A DNA stretch of 64,000 nt, taken from Eledone cirrhosa (taxonomy: Eukaryota). The stretch covers positions 285,386,001 through 285,450,000 of the forward strand of contig OZ024742.1 in NCBI GenBank assembly GCA_964016885.1. Reading direction: 5' to 3'. Each line of letters starts with the position of its first letter. Positions within the stretch are counted from its first letter, which is position 1. The notes beneath the pieces were generated by a model. It did no database searches. It saw nothing but the letters and a program-made list of their open reading frames with translations, and was not told where the DNA came from. A program made the position numbers and the translations under genes. Of this stretch, positions 52,835 to 64,000 are shown piece by piece.

Positions 52835-53450
52835 TACAAATGGCCGGGTCGTCGGCGACTAAAGCGGCAACCCTACCAAGCTTTCTTGGTGAGGAGGGTG
52901 ATTTTGGACACCCCGTGGAATGAAAAACAAAACCTGTCAAAGGGGGGAAAAACTCAGGAGAGTCAACGGCCATCCAATCAAGTTTTGTTTTTGTTTTTGG
53001 TGCGAAACACTCCTAGTCTTCATTAAGACATCTTTCTAGGAGATGGTTACTCTCATATAAAACCTACGACTTCGTATGCATCCATTGATGTAGACCAGTT
53101 CTTCTTTTGGGGAAAGAGAGTGGGATTAGCTCCATGCAAAACCTTTCCTCACTTAACCCTTTAGCATTTACATTACTCTATATTTACTATTGTATTTTCG
53201 TGGTAAAGGCTTTATTTCACATAATTATCTCACATAATATCGAATCTATGAGATTTCGATATTATTTATTTTGAGAACAATACCTTAACATAAATATGAA
53301 TGGCCAGTTACAGCTAGATTGAACAGAAGAGATGAGAGAATTCTGGCCGGTTACAGCCGGTTTAAATGCTAAAGGGTTAAAAAAGCTTCAATCACAGGCA
53401 TCGATTGATATGTGGTCTTTTTGCGATGCATGGTCTGTGATGCTCATGCT
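52835..53450 (+). mobile_element. Possible RTE-type LINE 5' UTR remnant, interrupted by a MITE
   Basis: Motifs GGCGACTAAAGCGGCAACC, GAGAGTCAACGGCC, GTAGACCAGTT and AAACCTTTCCTCACTTAAAAA resemble RTE 5' UTRs from memory; no ORF to confirm. Confidence 0.35.
53157..53376. mobile_element. piggyBac-type MITE
   Basis: 14-bp TIR CCCTTTAGCATTTA / TAAATGCTAAAGGG with TTAA TSD (53153-56, 53377-80). Confidence 0.88.
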
Positions 53451-53583
53451 TAAGTATCAAGCGATGGCATGACTTAAAATCGAGTTGCAGCCATCATCAT
53501 CATCATATAGGTATATATGTATGTTGGTATATATATACATATATATATATATGTATGCGTGTAGGTATGTATGTAGATATATC

Positions 53584-53628
<45 letters not shown>

Positions 53629-53629
53629 G

Positions 53630-53665
<36 letters not shown>

Positions 53666-53667
53666 GG

Positions 53668-53751
<84 letters not shown>

Positions 53752-54216
53752 TGTATGTATGTATGTATGTATGTATGTATATAACAAGATACTGAAAACC
53801 ACCATGTTCTGTTGTCTACGAAAAACAATAACATCTCGACAATTACACTTCATAAAAGAATGTGCCTCGTCCCGAGTTTACACCAACACCATCAACACCG
53901 ACGTTAGAAGATTACAACTCACCAAAAACAAGCAGATAGGCTAAAACGAACATTAATTCTAAACATAAAAAAGAAGATCTATAGAGAATTAAGTCATCAA
54001 GAAAAACATAAGCGTAACCTAATACAAGAAATAGCTAGGATCACCACACCAAGAGAGAAACTAATATTTATAAGCCTTATACGCCCTGAAGAACAGTACA
54101 TTACTCAAGAATGTGATAAGCACTTTAACGAACTAAAGTGGCTTAAGCAGATAAAGCTAAATCAGGATACTATAGAGAATACCAATAGATATCCCGACAA
54201 AATTGACGGTATAAAT

Positions 54217-57200
54217 ATGGCCGACACCTCATTAACAGAAGAGTTCAACAACAACACAAATATATACGGTAACACAAGAATAGATGACGATGAGATGTCT
54301 GTGTTATGTTTACCCCCGAAATTTGCGACATTCAAGAAGGTAAATATGATTAGTTGTCTGTCAGAAATAGAAAAATCATTTACAAAACTACGCTGGAGCC
54401 TCAAAAACAAAAACAAAAACAACAATATACGCACACACATATACAACACACATCCCAACAACAACAGACACGCAGACACAAACAACAATAACAACACACA
54501 CAACAACAATAACACACACGGAGACAACAACAACACACATCAACAACAGCACACATCAACAACAACAACACACACACATTCAATGCCTCTCACCACCACC
54601 ACAATCTTAACAAACACACAGACACAGAAAACAAGTAATGACAGTAGCACAGAAATCACAGAAATAAGGGAAAGTAATAGGATTAAAAAGAGAAGGGAGA
54701 CTAAGGACAAAGAGAATAACCAAGACGAACACACAGACACACAAAATAGGGTAGATAACAACAATGAGCCAGTGGAAAGAGACGGGAGTAATTATGAGAG
54801 ACATAGAAACAACCATGAGGCTGTTGGTGGAAATAGAAATAGAAACAACACAACTAACAATAACAATAGCACTAGTACACATAAAGCAGCAGCCTGGAAC
54901 TCTACGTTTTATAATCCCTCCAATAAATCATTCGACCTGCGACGAGTCCACGCCACGACTTTACCATTTAACAAACGCACGCAATTGCCGTCGCAGGTCG
55001 ATGAACAAACAGAAGCACAATTTAGTATAGCTAGATCCGAACTTAGAAATATTATAGAACAGTATAGCAAGAAGCATAATAGAATGGAGACCCATCAACT
55101 GGGAGAAAAATCTGCAAATGGCTTGCGTAAGCTCATGCAGCGCTCACGTAATGGAGAGATAGCATGCTTTCCAACAGACAAGTCTGGCAGAATGTCGGTT
55201 GACAGCCTGCCAAACTACATCCAGGCAATGCAACCCCACATCACTAACACAAGAGAGGTAACACCACAGGAGCATGAGGATAGAGAAAAAGCCCTCAATG
55301 CCCATATGGTGATGTGGACGAATATAATGCAGCCCAACAAAAGGACTGCCAACAACTTCCAGGCCTGGAACAATGACGTGCCGGCGTTGTATGGGCTTCG
55401 AAAAGACCATAAAACGGGCTGTGACCCTGTCGCGGGACCACCAACACGGCCAGTCTGTGGAGCTAACATTGCTAGTAACTACAGACTGTCCTACTTCCTC
55501 TCCCTGATCATACGCCCCATCATTGAAATGTCCCCAGATGTATGTGACAGCACGGAGGACCTCCTCAGCAGAATCGGCGAGAGTAACCGATCTGGGGACC
55601 TAACAAACTGCATAATAGGCAGTATGGATGTTGTGTCCCTGTATCCATCGATTGACGTGGATTTTGCTGTGGAGAAATGCGTAGAAATGATCAGTGAGAG
55701 CAAGGTTGAGTTCCGTGGGATTGATACCAGTGAGCTGGGACTCCTACTTAAGCTTACCTATAGTAATAATTACCTAGACACATATGACCTTAGCAACTTG
55801 TGCCCTACGAGACCAGCAAGAGGCAGACCACCTACCATTACCTCAATGGCCAAGAAAACCCACACAGATAGATGGAACGGGTGGACCAGAGCCATACGGA
55901 CACCCGAAAACCACGATGAACTGAAGAAAATGATTGCACATGCGGTAGGGGCCAGCATAAAACTAACCCTTAAGGAACATATGTTCAAATTTAATGGAAA
56001 AACATATGCCCAAGAGGAAGGAGCAGTCATTGGTGTTAGCATTGCAGGCGACATAGCTAACTTATTCATGGTATGGTGGTACAGTAGACTTAAACTTAAA
56101 GAACAATTAGAAGTCCCCTTAACCCTGATAATGTACTCCCGCTACGTAGATGATATAAACATCGTAGTTAAGACACCCACACTAGAGAACAGTCAGGAAC
56201 TAGAGAAAAACACAATGGAAAGCATCCAGCAAATAGCAAACTCCGTCCACCAGAGCATTAGAGTTACTATAGACTACCCAACTAAACACCCCAACCATCG
56301 ATTACCTGTACTAGACACAGAGCTCTGGTTAGATACCATTAACAACAAAAAACAAATCCTCCATTCCCATTATGCCAAATCCATGACTTCCAAACATCTG
56401 ATCCACCGAAACTCGGCCGTTTCGGACCATACCAAAATCAACATACTGATTGCGGATTTGGTACGGGTGATGAGAAATGTGACCCGCATGTGCAACCCCG
56501 AAGAACTAGAGAGACACATACAACACTTCATCCACCGTATGCAGTTCTCTGGCTACAATCAGAGAGAAAAAATCAGAGTGTATGGAGGAGCCAGAACCAA
56601 ATGGGAAAAAATGGTAAATAATGACATAAAAGGGACCTGCCCCTTGTATAGGAGCAAATTTTGGAATAGAATAGAAAGAACTAGGAACAAGGCTAATAGA
56701 ATAAACTCATGGTATGATAGCAATAAATACCAGAGTGTAATGTTCATCGATACAACCCCTAGAGGTGAATTAGCTTACAAATTTAGAAGGGCCCTATATA
56801 AACATAAACTCAATATTAAGATAGTAGAAAGACCAGGTACCTCCGTAAAAACACTTATTAGCAAGACATACCCTTTTCAAAGACCCTCATGTATAGATAA
56901 GAAATGTATAACCTGTAAAATAAGCCCCCATATTAACTGTAAAACTAGAAATGTAGTGTATAGCATAAGATGTACTGAAGGACAATATAGAGACAAAAAT
57001 ATAGTGTACATAGGTGAGACAGCTCGTATTGTAGGGGGACGGATAAATGAACACTGGCGAGACCTTCAAGATAATAAAGAATCATCTGTACTCTACCAAC
57101 ATGCTAAAATAGAACACGAGGGTAAATTAGAGAACATAGAAATAAAAATAGAATCTACACATAGAAAAGACGCAATGTTTAGACAAATTACAGAGGCAAT

Positions 57201-57273
57201 AAACATAAAAGAATTACAACCAAAATTAAATAGAAAATATGAGTGGAACAGCAACATCACAACTTACAATTAA
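54217..57273 (+). CDS. Penelope-type reverse transcriptase + GIY-YIG endonuclease (frame stays open upstream to ~53935)
   Basis: TDKSG, LYGLRKDHK, PTRPVC, GSMDVVSLYPSI, SRYVDD, LPVLD, RMQFSGY, Cys-rich linker CIDKKCITC..C, VVYSIRC...YIGETAR...RINEH, RQITEA; 1018 codons without a stop. Confidence 0.92.
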   Translation: MADTSLTEEFNNNTNIYGNTRIDDDEMSVLCLPPKFATFKKVNMISCLSEIEKSFTKLRWSLKNKNKNNNIRTHIYNTHPNNNRHADTNNNNNTHNNNNTHGDNNNTHQQQHTSTTTTHTHSMPLTTTTILTNTQTQKTSNDSSTEITEIRESNRIKKRRETKDKENNQDEHTDTQNRVDNNNEPVERDGSNYERHRNNHEAVGGNRNRNNTTNNNNSTSTHKAAAWNSTFYNPSNKSFDLRRVHATTLPFNKRTQLPSQVDEQTEAQFSIARSELRNIIEQYSKKHNRMETHQLGEKSANGLRKLMQRSRNGEIACFPTDKSGRMSVDSLPNYIQAMQPHITNTREVTPQEHEDREKALNAHMVMWTNIMQPNKRTANNFQAWNNDVPALYGLRKDHKTGCDPVAGPPTRPVCGANIASNYRLSYFLSLIIRPIIEMSPDVCDSTEDLLSRIGESNRSGDLTNCIIGSMDVVSLYPSIDVDFAVEKCVEMISESKVEFRGIDTSELGLLLKLTYSNNYLDTYDLSNLCPTRPARGRPPTITSMAKKTHTDRWNGWTRAIRTPENHDELKKMIAHAVGASIKLTLKEHMFKFNGKTYAQEEGAVIGVSIAGDIANLFMVWWYSRLKLKEQLEVPLTLIMYSRYVDDINIVVKTPTLENSQELEKNTMESIQQIANSVHQSIRVTIDYPTKHPNHRLPVLDTELWLDTINNKKQILHSHYAKSMTSKHLIHRNSAVSDHTKINILIADLVRVMRNVTRMCNPEELERHIQHFIHRMQFSGYNQREKIRVYGGARTKWEKMVNNDIKGTCPLYRSKFWNRIERTRNKANRINSWYDSNKYQSVMFIDTTPRGELAYKFRRALYKHKLNIKIVERPGTSVKTLISKTYPFQRPSCIDKKCITCKISPHINCKTRNVVYSIRCTEGQYRDKNIVYIGETARIVGGRINEHWRDLQDNKESSVLYQHAKIEHEGKLENIEIKIESTHRKDAMFRQITEAINIKELQPKLNRKYEWNSNITTYN

Positions 57274-57473
57274 GGACAAAATGAAAACACACACACACAT
57301 AGAACAAACAACCAACCAGTAACATGTAAATAAACAAATAAATAAATGAACATAAACACACACAGACACCCGGATGTGGCGCATGCGCAGACTGAGCACA
57401 CAACACACACACAGAAACAAAATGGCGTAGGACAGAACAAAGGAGAGGCACAGAAACAAAGAAAGGAATCCCC

Positions 57474-57518
57474 AGTCACTGAAGAGGTCACAGAGTGTGT
57501 GACGAAAGAACTATGACT
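57474..57518 (+). ncRNA. Minimal type I hammerhead ribozyme motif in the Penelope pLTR
   Basis: AGTCA-CTGAAGA-G-GTCAC-loop-GTGAC-GAAA-GAAC-TA-TGACT: stems I and II pair, core conserved, stem III minimal. Confidence 0.75.
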
Positions 57519-57738
57519 ATATATAAACAACTATCTGGTTGTGGAACCAACCAACCAACCAGAAATTTATAAATTTATAAATTTATTATAAATTTATTAT
57601 AATAAATTGAAGTGAAAGCAACTGGTGCGTGTGTTTCTTATTGGCAACATGACCCTCCCAAAGTATAACAATATCGGTTTCAACACACGATTTCAGATAA
57701 AGAATCTTGCTAAACAAATTCAGAAACGAAATATGTAT

Positions 57739-57756
57739 ATATATATATATATGTAT

Positions 57757-57787
<31 letters not shown>

Positions 57788-57927
57788 ATATATATATATG
57801 TATGTATATATATATTTATCTATGTATATATTATATATATATATGTATGTATGTATTTATATATATATATATGTATATATTATATATATATGTATGTATA
57901 TATTATATATTTATGTATGTATGTATG

Positions 57928-57961
<34 letters not shown>

Positions 57962-57974
57962 GTATGTATGTATG

Positions 57975-58008
<34 letters not shown>

Positions 58009-58047
58009 GTATGTATGTATGTATGTGTATATATATATATGTATGTG

Positions 58048-58078
<31 letters not shown>

Positions 58079-58515
58079 TATATGTATGTATGTATATATG
58101 TATGTATGTATATATATATGTATATATTATATATATATATGTATATATTATATATATATATGTATGTATGTATATATATGTATGTATGTATATATATATA
58201 TGTATATATTATATATATATATGTATATATTATATATATATATATATATGTATATATATTATATATATATATATATATGTATATATTATATATATATATG
58301 TATATATTATATATATATATGTATATATTATATATATATATGTATATATTATATATATATGTATATATTATATATATACATGTATATATTATATATATAT
58401 ATGTATATATTATATATATACATGTATATATTATATATATATATGTATATATTATATATATACATGTATATATTATATATATATATGTATATATTATATA
58501 TATATATGTATATAT

Positions 58516-58549
<34 letters not shown>

Positions 58550-58551
58550 TA

Positions 58552-58591
<40 letters not shown>

Positions 58592-58776
58592 TATATATAT
58601 ATATATATGTATATATTATATATATATATATATGTATATATTATATATATATATGTATATATTATATATATATATATATATGTATATATTATATATATAT
58701 ATATGTATATATTACATATATATGTATATATTATATATATATATATTATATATATATATTATATATATATTATATA

Positions 58777-58823
<47 letters not shown>

Positions 58824-59129
58824 ATATGTATATATTATATATATATATATGTATATATTATATATATATATATGTATATATTATATATATATATGTATAT
58901 ATTATATATATGTATATATTATATATATATATATATATATGTATATATTATATATATATATATGTATATATTATATATATATATATGTATATATTATATA
59001 TATATATATGTATATATTATATATATATATATGTATATATTATATATATATATATATGTATATATTATATATATATAATATATATAATATATATATAATA
59101 TATATATATAATATATATAATATATATAT
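57739..59129. repeat. (TA)n/(TATG)/(TATT) compound microsatellite
   Basis: Direct reading. Confidence 0.97.
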
Positions 59130-60584
59130 GGAGAAGATGGAGTGGCATCAGAGGTGATGAAGAGGTGTGATTTTGATGATATCATCCTGGGGTTCTGTAA
59201 CGGGGCACTGGAGAAAGGAGTTGCCCCGAATCAGTGGAGGATCAGTAACATCGTCCCAGTGCCAAAGAAGGGAGATCTCTCTAACACCAACAACTACCGG
59301 GGGATCTCACTGACGTCACTTGTGGCAAAGACCCTCAACAGGATGATTCTTAACAGGATCCAGCCTGAGATGGAGAAGAAGCTCAGGGACAACCAGAACG
59401 GCTTCAGAGAGGGTAGATCAACCACCAGTCACATCCTGATGCTGAGGAGGATATTAGAGGGAGCTAGAGCAAAGTGCCTTCCTGCGGTCATGGTTTTCAT
59501 TGACTTTAGGAAGGCCTTTGATTCTGTGGACCGTTACTGCCTGATGAAGATCTTACAGGCTTATGGAATCCCCAAGAGGATAGTGGACCTGATATCACTG
59601 CTCTACACCAACACCAAAGCCCAAGTCATTACACCTGATGGGATGACAGAGTTCTTTGAGATACTGGCTGGAGTGCTCCAGGGAGATACATTGGCTCCCT
59701 ACCTTTTTATCATCGTAGTGGACTATTGTATGCGCCTTGCACTGGAGAAACACCAGGACACTGGCTTTACTGTAGCAGCGGCTCAGAGCAGGAGAGTTGG
59801 AGCGAAAAAGGTATCGGATGCTGAATTTGCCGACGACATAGTTTTGGTGACAAATACAGTGAAGGAGGCAGAGGATTTGATGCGGGAGGTTGAGACTGTG
59901 TCGATGAGTGTGGGGCTGAGAATGAATGAGACTAAAACAAAATATCTGGTAGAGAATGTTGAGAAGCCAGAGGGGATCACTAATGTAGGCGGGAAGCCGC
60001 TGGAATTGGTTGAGGACTTCCTGTATTTGGGAGCAAAGATTGGGAATACGGAAGATGATGTGGTTGAGAGGAAGAGCAAGGCCTGGGCGGCGTGTCACAG
60101 CTTGAGATCGGTGTGGAAGTCGGACCTTCGTAGAGACCTGAAAATCCGCCTCTTCATTGCTGTAGTGGAGTCTGTGCTGCTGTATGGGTCTGAGACTTGG
60201 ACACTGACCAAGAGACTCACTCAGATGGTGGATGGGTGCTACACGAGAATGCTGAGGATGGCTCTGAACATTAATCAGTATACACTGAGGATGAAAAACT
60301 CAGAGCTGTATGGGAGCATCCCAAAAGTCAGCTCAAAAGTGACACAGAGGAGACTGAGGTTGGCTGGACATGCTCACCGAGATCCAGAGTTGACATTGCA
60401 CCCAGTGCTCCTTTGGGAGCCCCTACATGGACACACTAGAAGAGGAAGACCAAGGTTAACATATGTTGATGCCCTAAGGACAGACACTGGTCTGTTGGAG
60501 ATGCAGGATATGGCAGCGATAATGAGGGACAGAGACCGCTGGAGAGAACTCGTCCATGGATCTCGGGAATTTTACCCGCCTTAG
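59130..60584 (+). mobile_element. 5'-truncated RTE-clade LINE (RT and C-terminus uninterrupted)
   Basis: PVPKKGDL, NYRGISL, QNGFR, FIDFRKAFDSV, GVLQGDTLAPYLF, FADD, FLYLG, LLYGSETW, LRLAGH, RRGRP; flanked by (TA)n. Confidence 0.93.
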
Positions 60585-60642
<58 letters not shown>

Positions 60643-61073
60643 GTATATATTATATATATATATGTATATATTATATATATATATGTATATATTATATATA
60701 TATATGTATATATTATATATATATATATATGTATATATTATATATATATATATATGTATATATACTATATATATATATGTATATATTATATATATATATA
60801 TATGTATATATTATATATATATATATATGTATATATTATATATATATATATATGTATATATTATATATATATATATATGTATATATTATATATATATATA
60901 TGTATATATTATATATATATATATGTATGTATATATTATATATATATATGTATATATTATATATATGTATATATTATATATATATATGTATGTATATATT
61001 ATATATATATATGTATGTATATATTATATATATATATGTATGTATATATTATATATATATATATATATGTATG

Positions 61074-61111
<38 letters not shown>

Positions 61112-61117
61112 TGTATG

Positions 61118-61155
<38 letters not shown>

Positions 61156-61219
61156 TGTATGTATATATATATATATATATGTATACATATATATATATAT
61201 GTATGTATATATTATATAT
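60585..61219. repeat. (TA)n compound microsatellite
   Basis: Direct reading. Confidence 0.97.
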
Positions 61220-61654
61220 GAAAAACATGGGGAGAAGAATACTGCATGGTTGCACATGGATTACATATTATAAAATTAGTCCCTCATCAGTGATTTGCCA
61301 ACGATCATTGGTATTCCATCGCATTAAAAATCATATACGTCAGGTTGGTGCGAGCAATAACTAAAATAAGCTATTGGGACAAGTGAGTCGCGTAAAGCGA
61401 GTGAGACAAGTAAACAACATAGGAGGAAAAGCAAACCGAAGATGGGAAAAAAACAAGCAACATGGTTATCCGGTCAGCATAAGCTGGGTGAATTTCATGA
61501 GCGCTCAGAAAACAGACCGTCCGACGTGAATGAGATGTGAGAAAGAAAGAATCCCACTACTAACGAACGGGAGGAAGTGAGAAGGGGAGAAACAGAGAGT
61601 GGGTGAGTGGAAGTGCGAGGAAGAGGTCAGTCGAGAGAAAGTGTTAACTGACAG
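61220..61654 (-). mobile_element. Non-coding insert in (TA)n, possibly a Penelope pLTR remnant
   Basis: Embedded in TA repeats; minus strand CTGATGAGGG (61281-61290) resembles a hammerhead 5' core, but no GAAA partner was found. Confidence 0.3.
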
Positions 61655-63068
<1,414 letters not shown>

Positions 63069-63150
63069 TAAAAACGACACAAAAAGAACAAGCCAATCAG
63101 CCAAATATAATATAGTTGTATATTCTAGAATTTATTTCCACTAATTTATT

Positions 63151-63643
63151 GCAATACAAAATATCCAGTAGTATAACAAACACCTGTACAACATACATAG
63201 CAATACAAAATATCCAGTAGTATAACAAACACCTGTACAACATACATAGCAATACAAAATATCCAGTAGTATAACAAACACCTGTACAACATACATAGCA
63301 ATACAAAATATCCAGTAGTATAACAAACACCTGTACAACATACATAGCAATACAAAATATCCAGTAGTATAACAAACACCTGTACAACATACATAGCAAT
63401 ACAAAATATCCAGTAGTATAACAGAACCTGTACAACATACATAGCAATACAAAATATCCAGTAGTATAACAGAACCTGTACAACATACATAGCAATACAA
63501 AATATCCAGTAGTATAACAAACACCTGTACAACATACATAGCAATACAAAATATCCAGTAGTATAACAAACACCTGTACAACATACATAGCAATACAAAA
63601 TATCCAGTAGTATAACAGAACCTGTAGAACATACGTAGCAATA
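63151..63643 (+). repeat. 49-bp tandem repeat GCAATACAAAATATCCAGTAGTATAACAAACACCTGTACAACATACATA (~10 copies)
   Basis: Period of 49 (63151, 63200), with some 48-bp variants. Confidence 0.95.
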
Positions 63644-63809
63644 TGGAACCCCCGCCCAAAGATGATAAAGAGAGGAAAATAAGAAATAGAGTAAGAAAAA
63701 AAAAAGAAAAAAGGGAATCAAGCAACGAAAGAAATGAAGATGAGGAGAGAGCGACAGACTCTACACCCCAGTCCGAGTGGTGGTTCAGGTTCAAAGCCAC
63801 GGATAAAAG

Positions 63810-64000
63810 GGCTGTTGCAACAATTTGGGTGGAGGGGAAAGTCAATTAAATCGAACAGTGCATCACTGGTACTTTATTTTTACGACCCCGTAAGGATGAA
63901 AGGCAAAGCTAATCCCGGTGGAATTTAAACTCAGAACGTAAAGGATCGTAACTCTATGCCGCAAAGCATGCTGTCTAACGTTCTACCGATACTGCCAATC
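63810..64000 (-). mobile_element. tRNA-SINE copy
   Basis: GACCCCGTAAGGATGAAAGGCAAAG and GATACTGCCAATC (reverse-complement core and A-box). Confidence 0.85.

Larger units (their letters stand above)
53780..57738 (+). mobile_element. Penelope-like retroelement (Naiad/Neptune-type) in (TATG)n/(TA)n
   Basis: RT + GIY-YIG ORF, 3' hammerhead motif, probable ORF start at the 3' end, microsatellite flanks. Confidence 0.92.

Noticed and set aside
52840-52900. HDV-like ribozyme at a putative RTE 5' end
   Set aside because: Nested pseudoknot pairings could not be identified; needs a descriptor search.
56880-57273. Selenocysteine (in-frame UGA) recoding, described for some Naiad PLEs
   Set aside because: The ORF has no in-frame TGA; the Cys motifs use TGT.

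Overview
A 64-kb eukaryotic (animal) window, very repeat-rich, with no confidently identifiable host gene. The SINE families and extreme microsatellite load resemble an octopus/cephalopod genome, but that assignment is inference. Roughly half the window is simple or tandem repeat, including two large CCA/TGG-rich minisatellite arrays (about 1.8-10.3 kb and 18.7-29.9 kb). Most of the rest is mobile DNA: a full-length Tx1/L1-clade LINE (34708-40620), a related 5'-truncated Tx1 family (47615-51625, plus a 3' fragment at 13658-14144), a Penelope-like RT+GIY-YIG element with a minimal hammerhead ribozyme (53780-57738), a 5'-truncated but uninterrupted RTE LINE, Rex3/Expander-like, CRE-like and R4/Dong-like fragments, a DD37D (maT) mariner, mariner- and piggyBac-type MITEs, and many tRNA-derived SINEs. 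The main leads: (i) both Tx1 families carry a GTRAGT splice-donor-like site overlapping the ORF1 stop, and in one family a 37-nt GT-AG excision would fuse ORF1 to ORF2 in frame; (ii) the two Tx1 families sit in different microsatellites, each long copy with a 12-bp TSD; (iii) the dominant SINE's 3' end resembles the Tx1 3' end; (iv) the Penelope ORF looks circularly permuted. Most long ORFs in the track are repeat artefacts.
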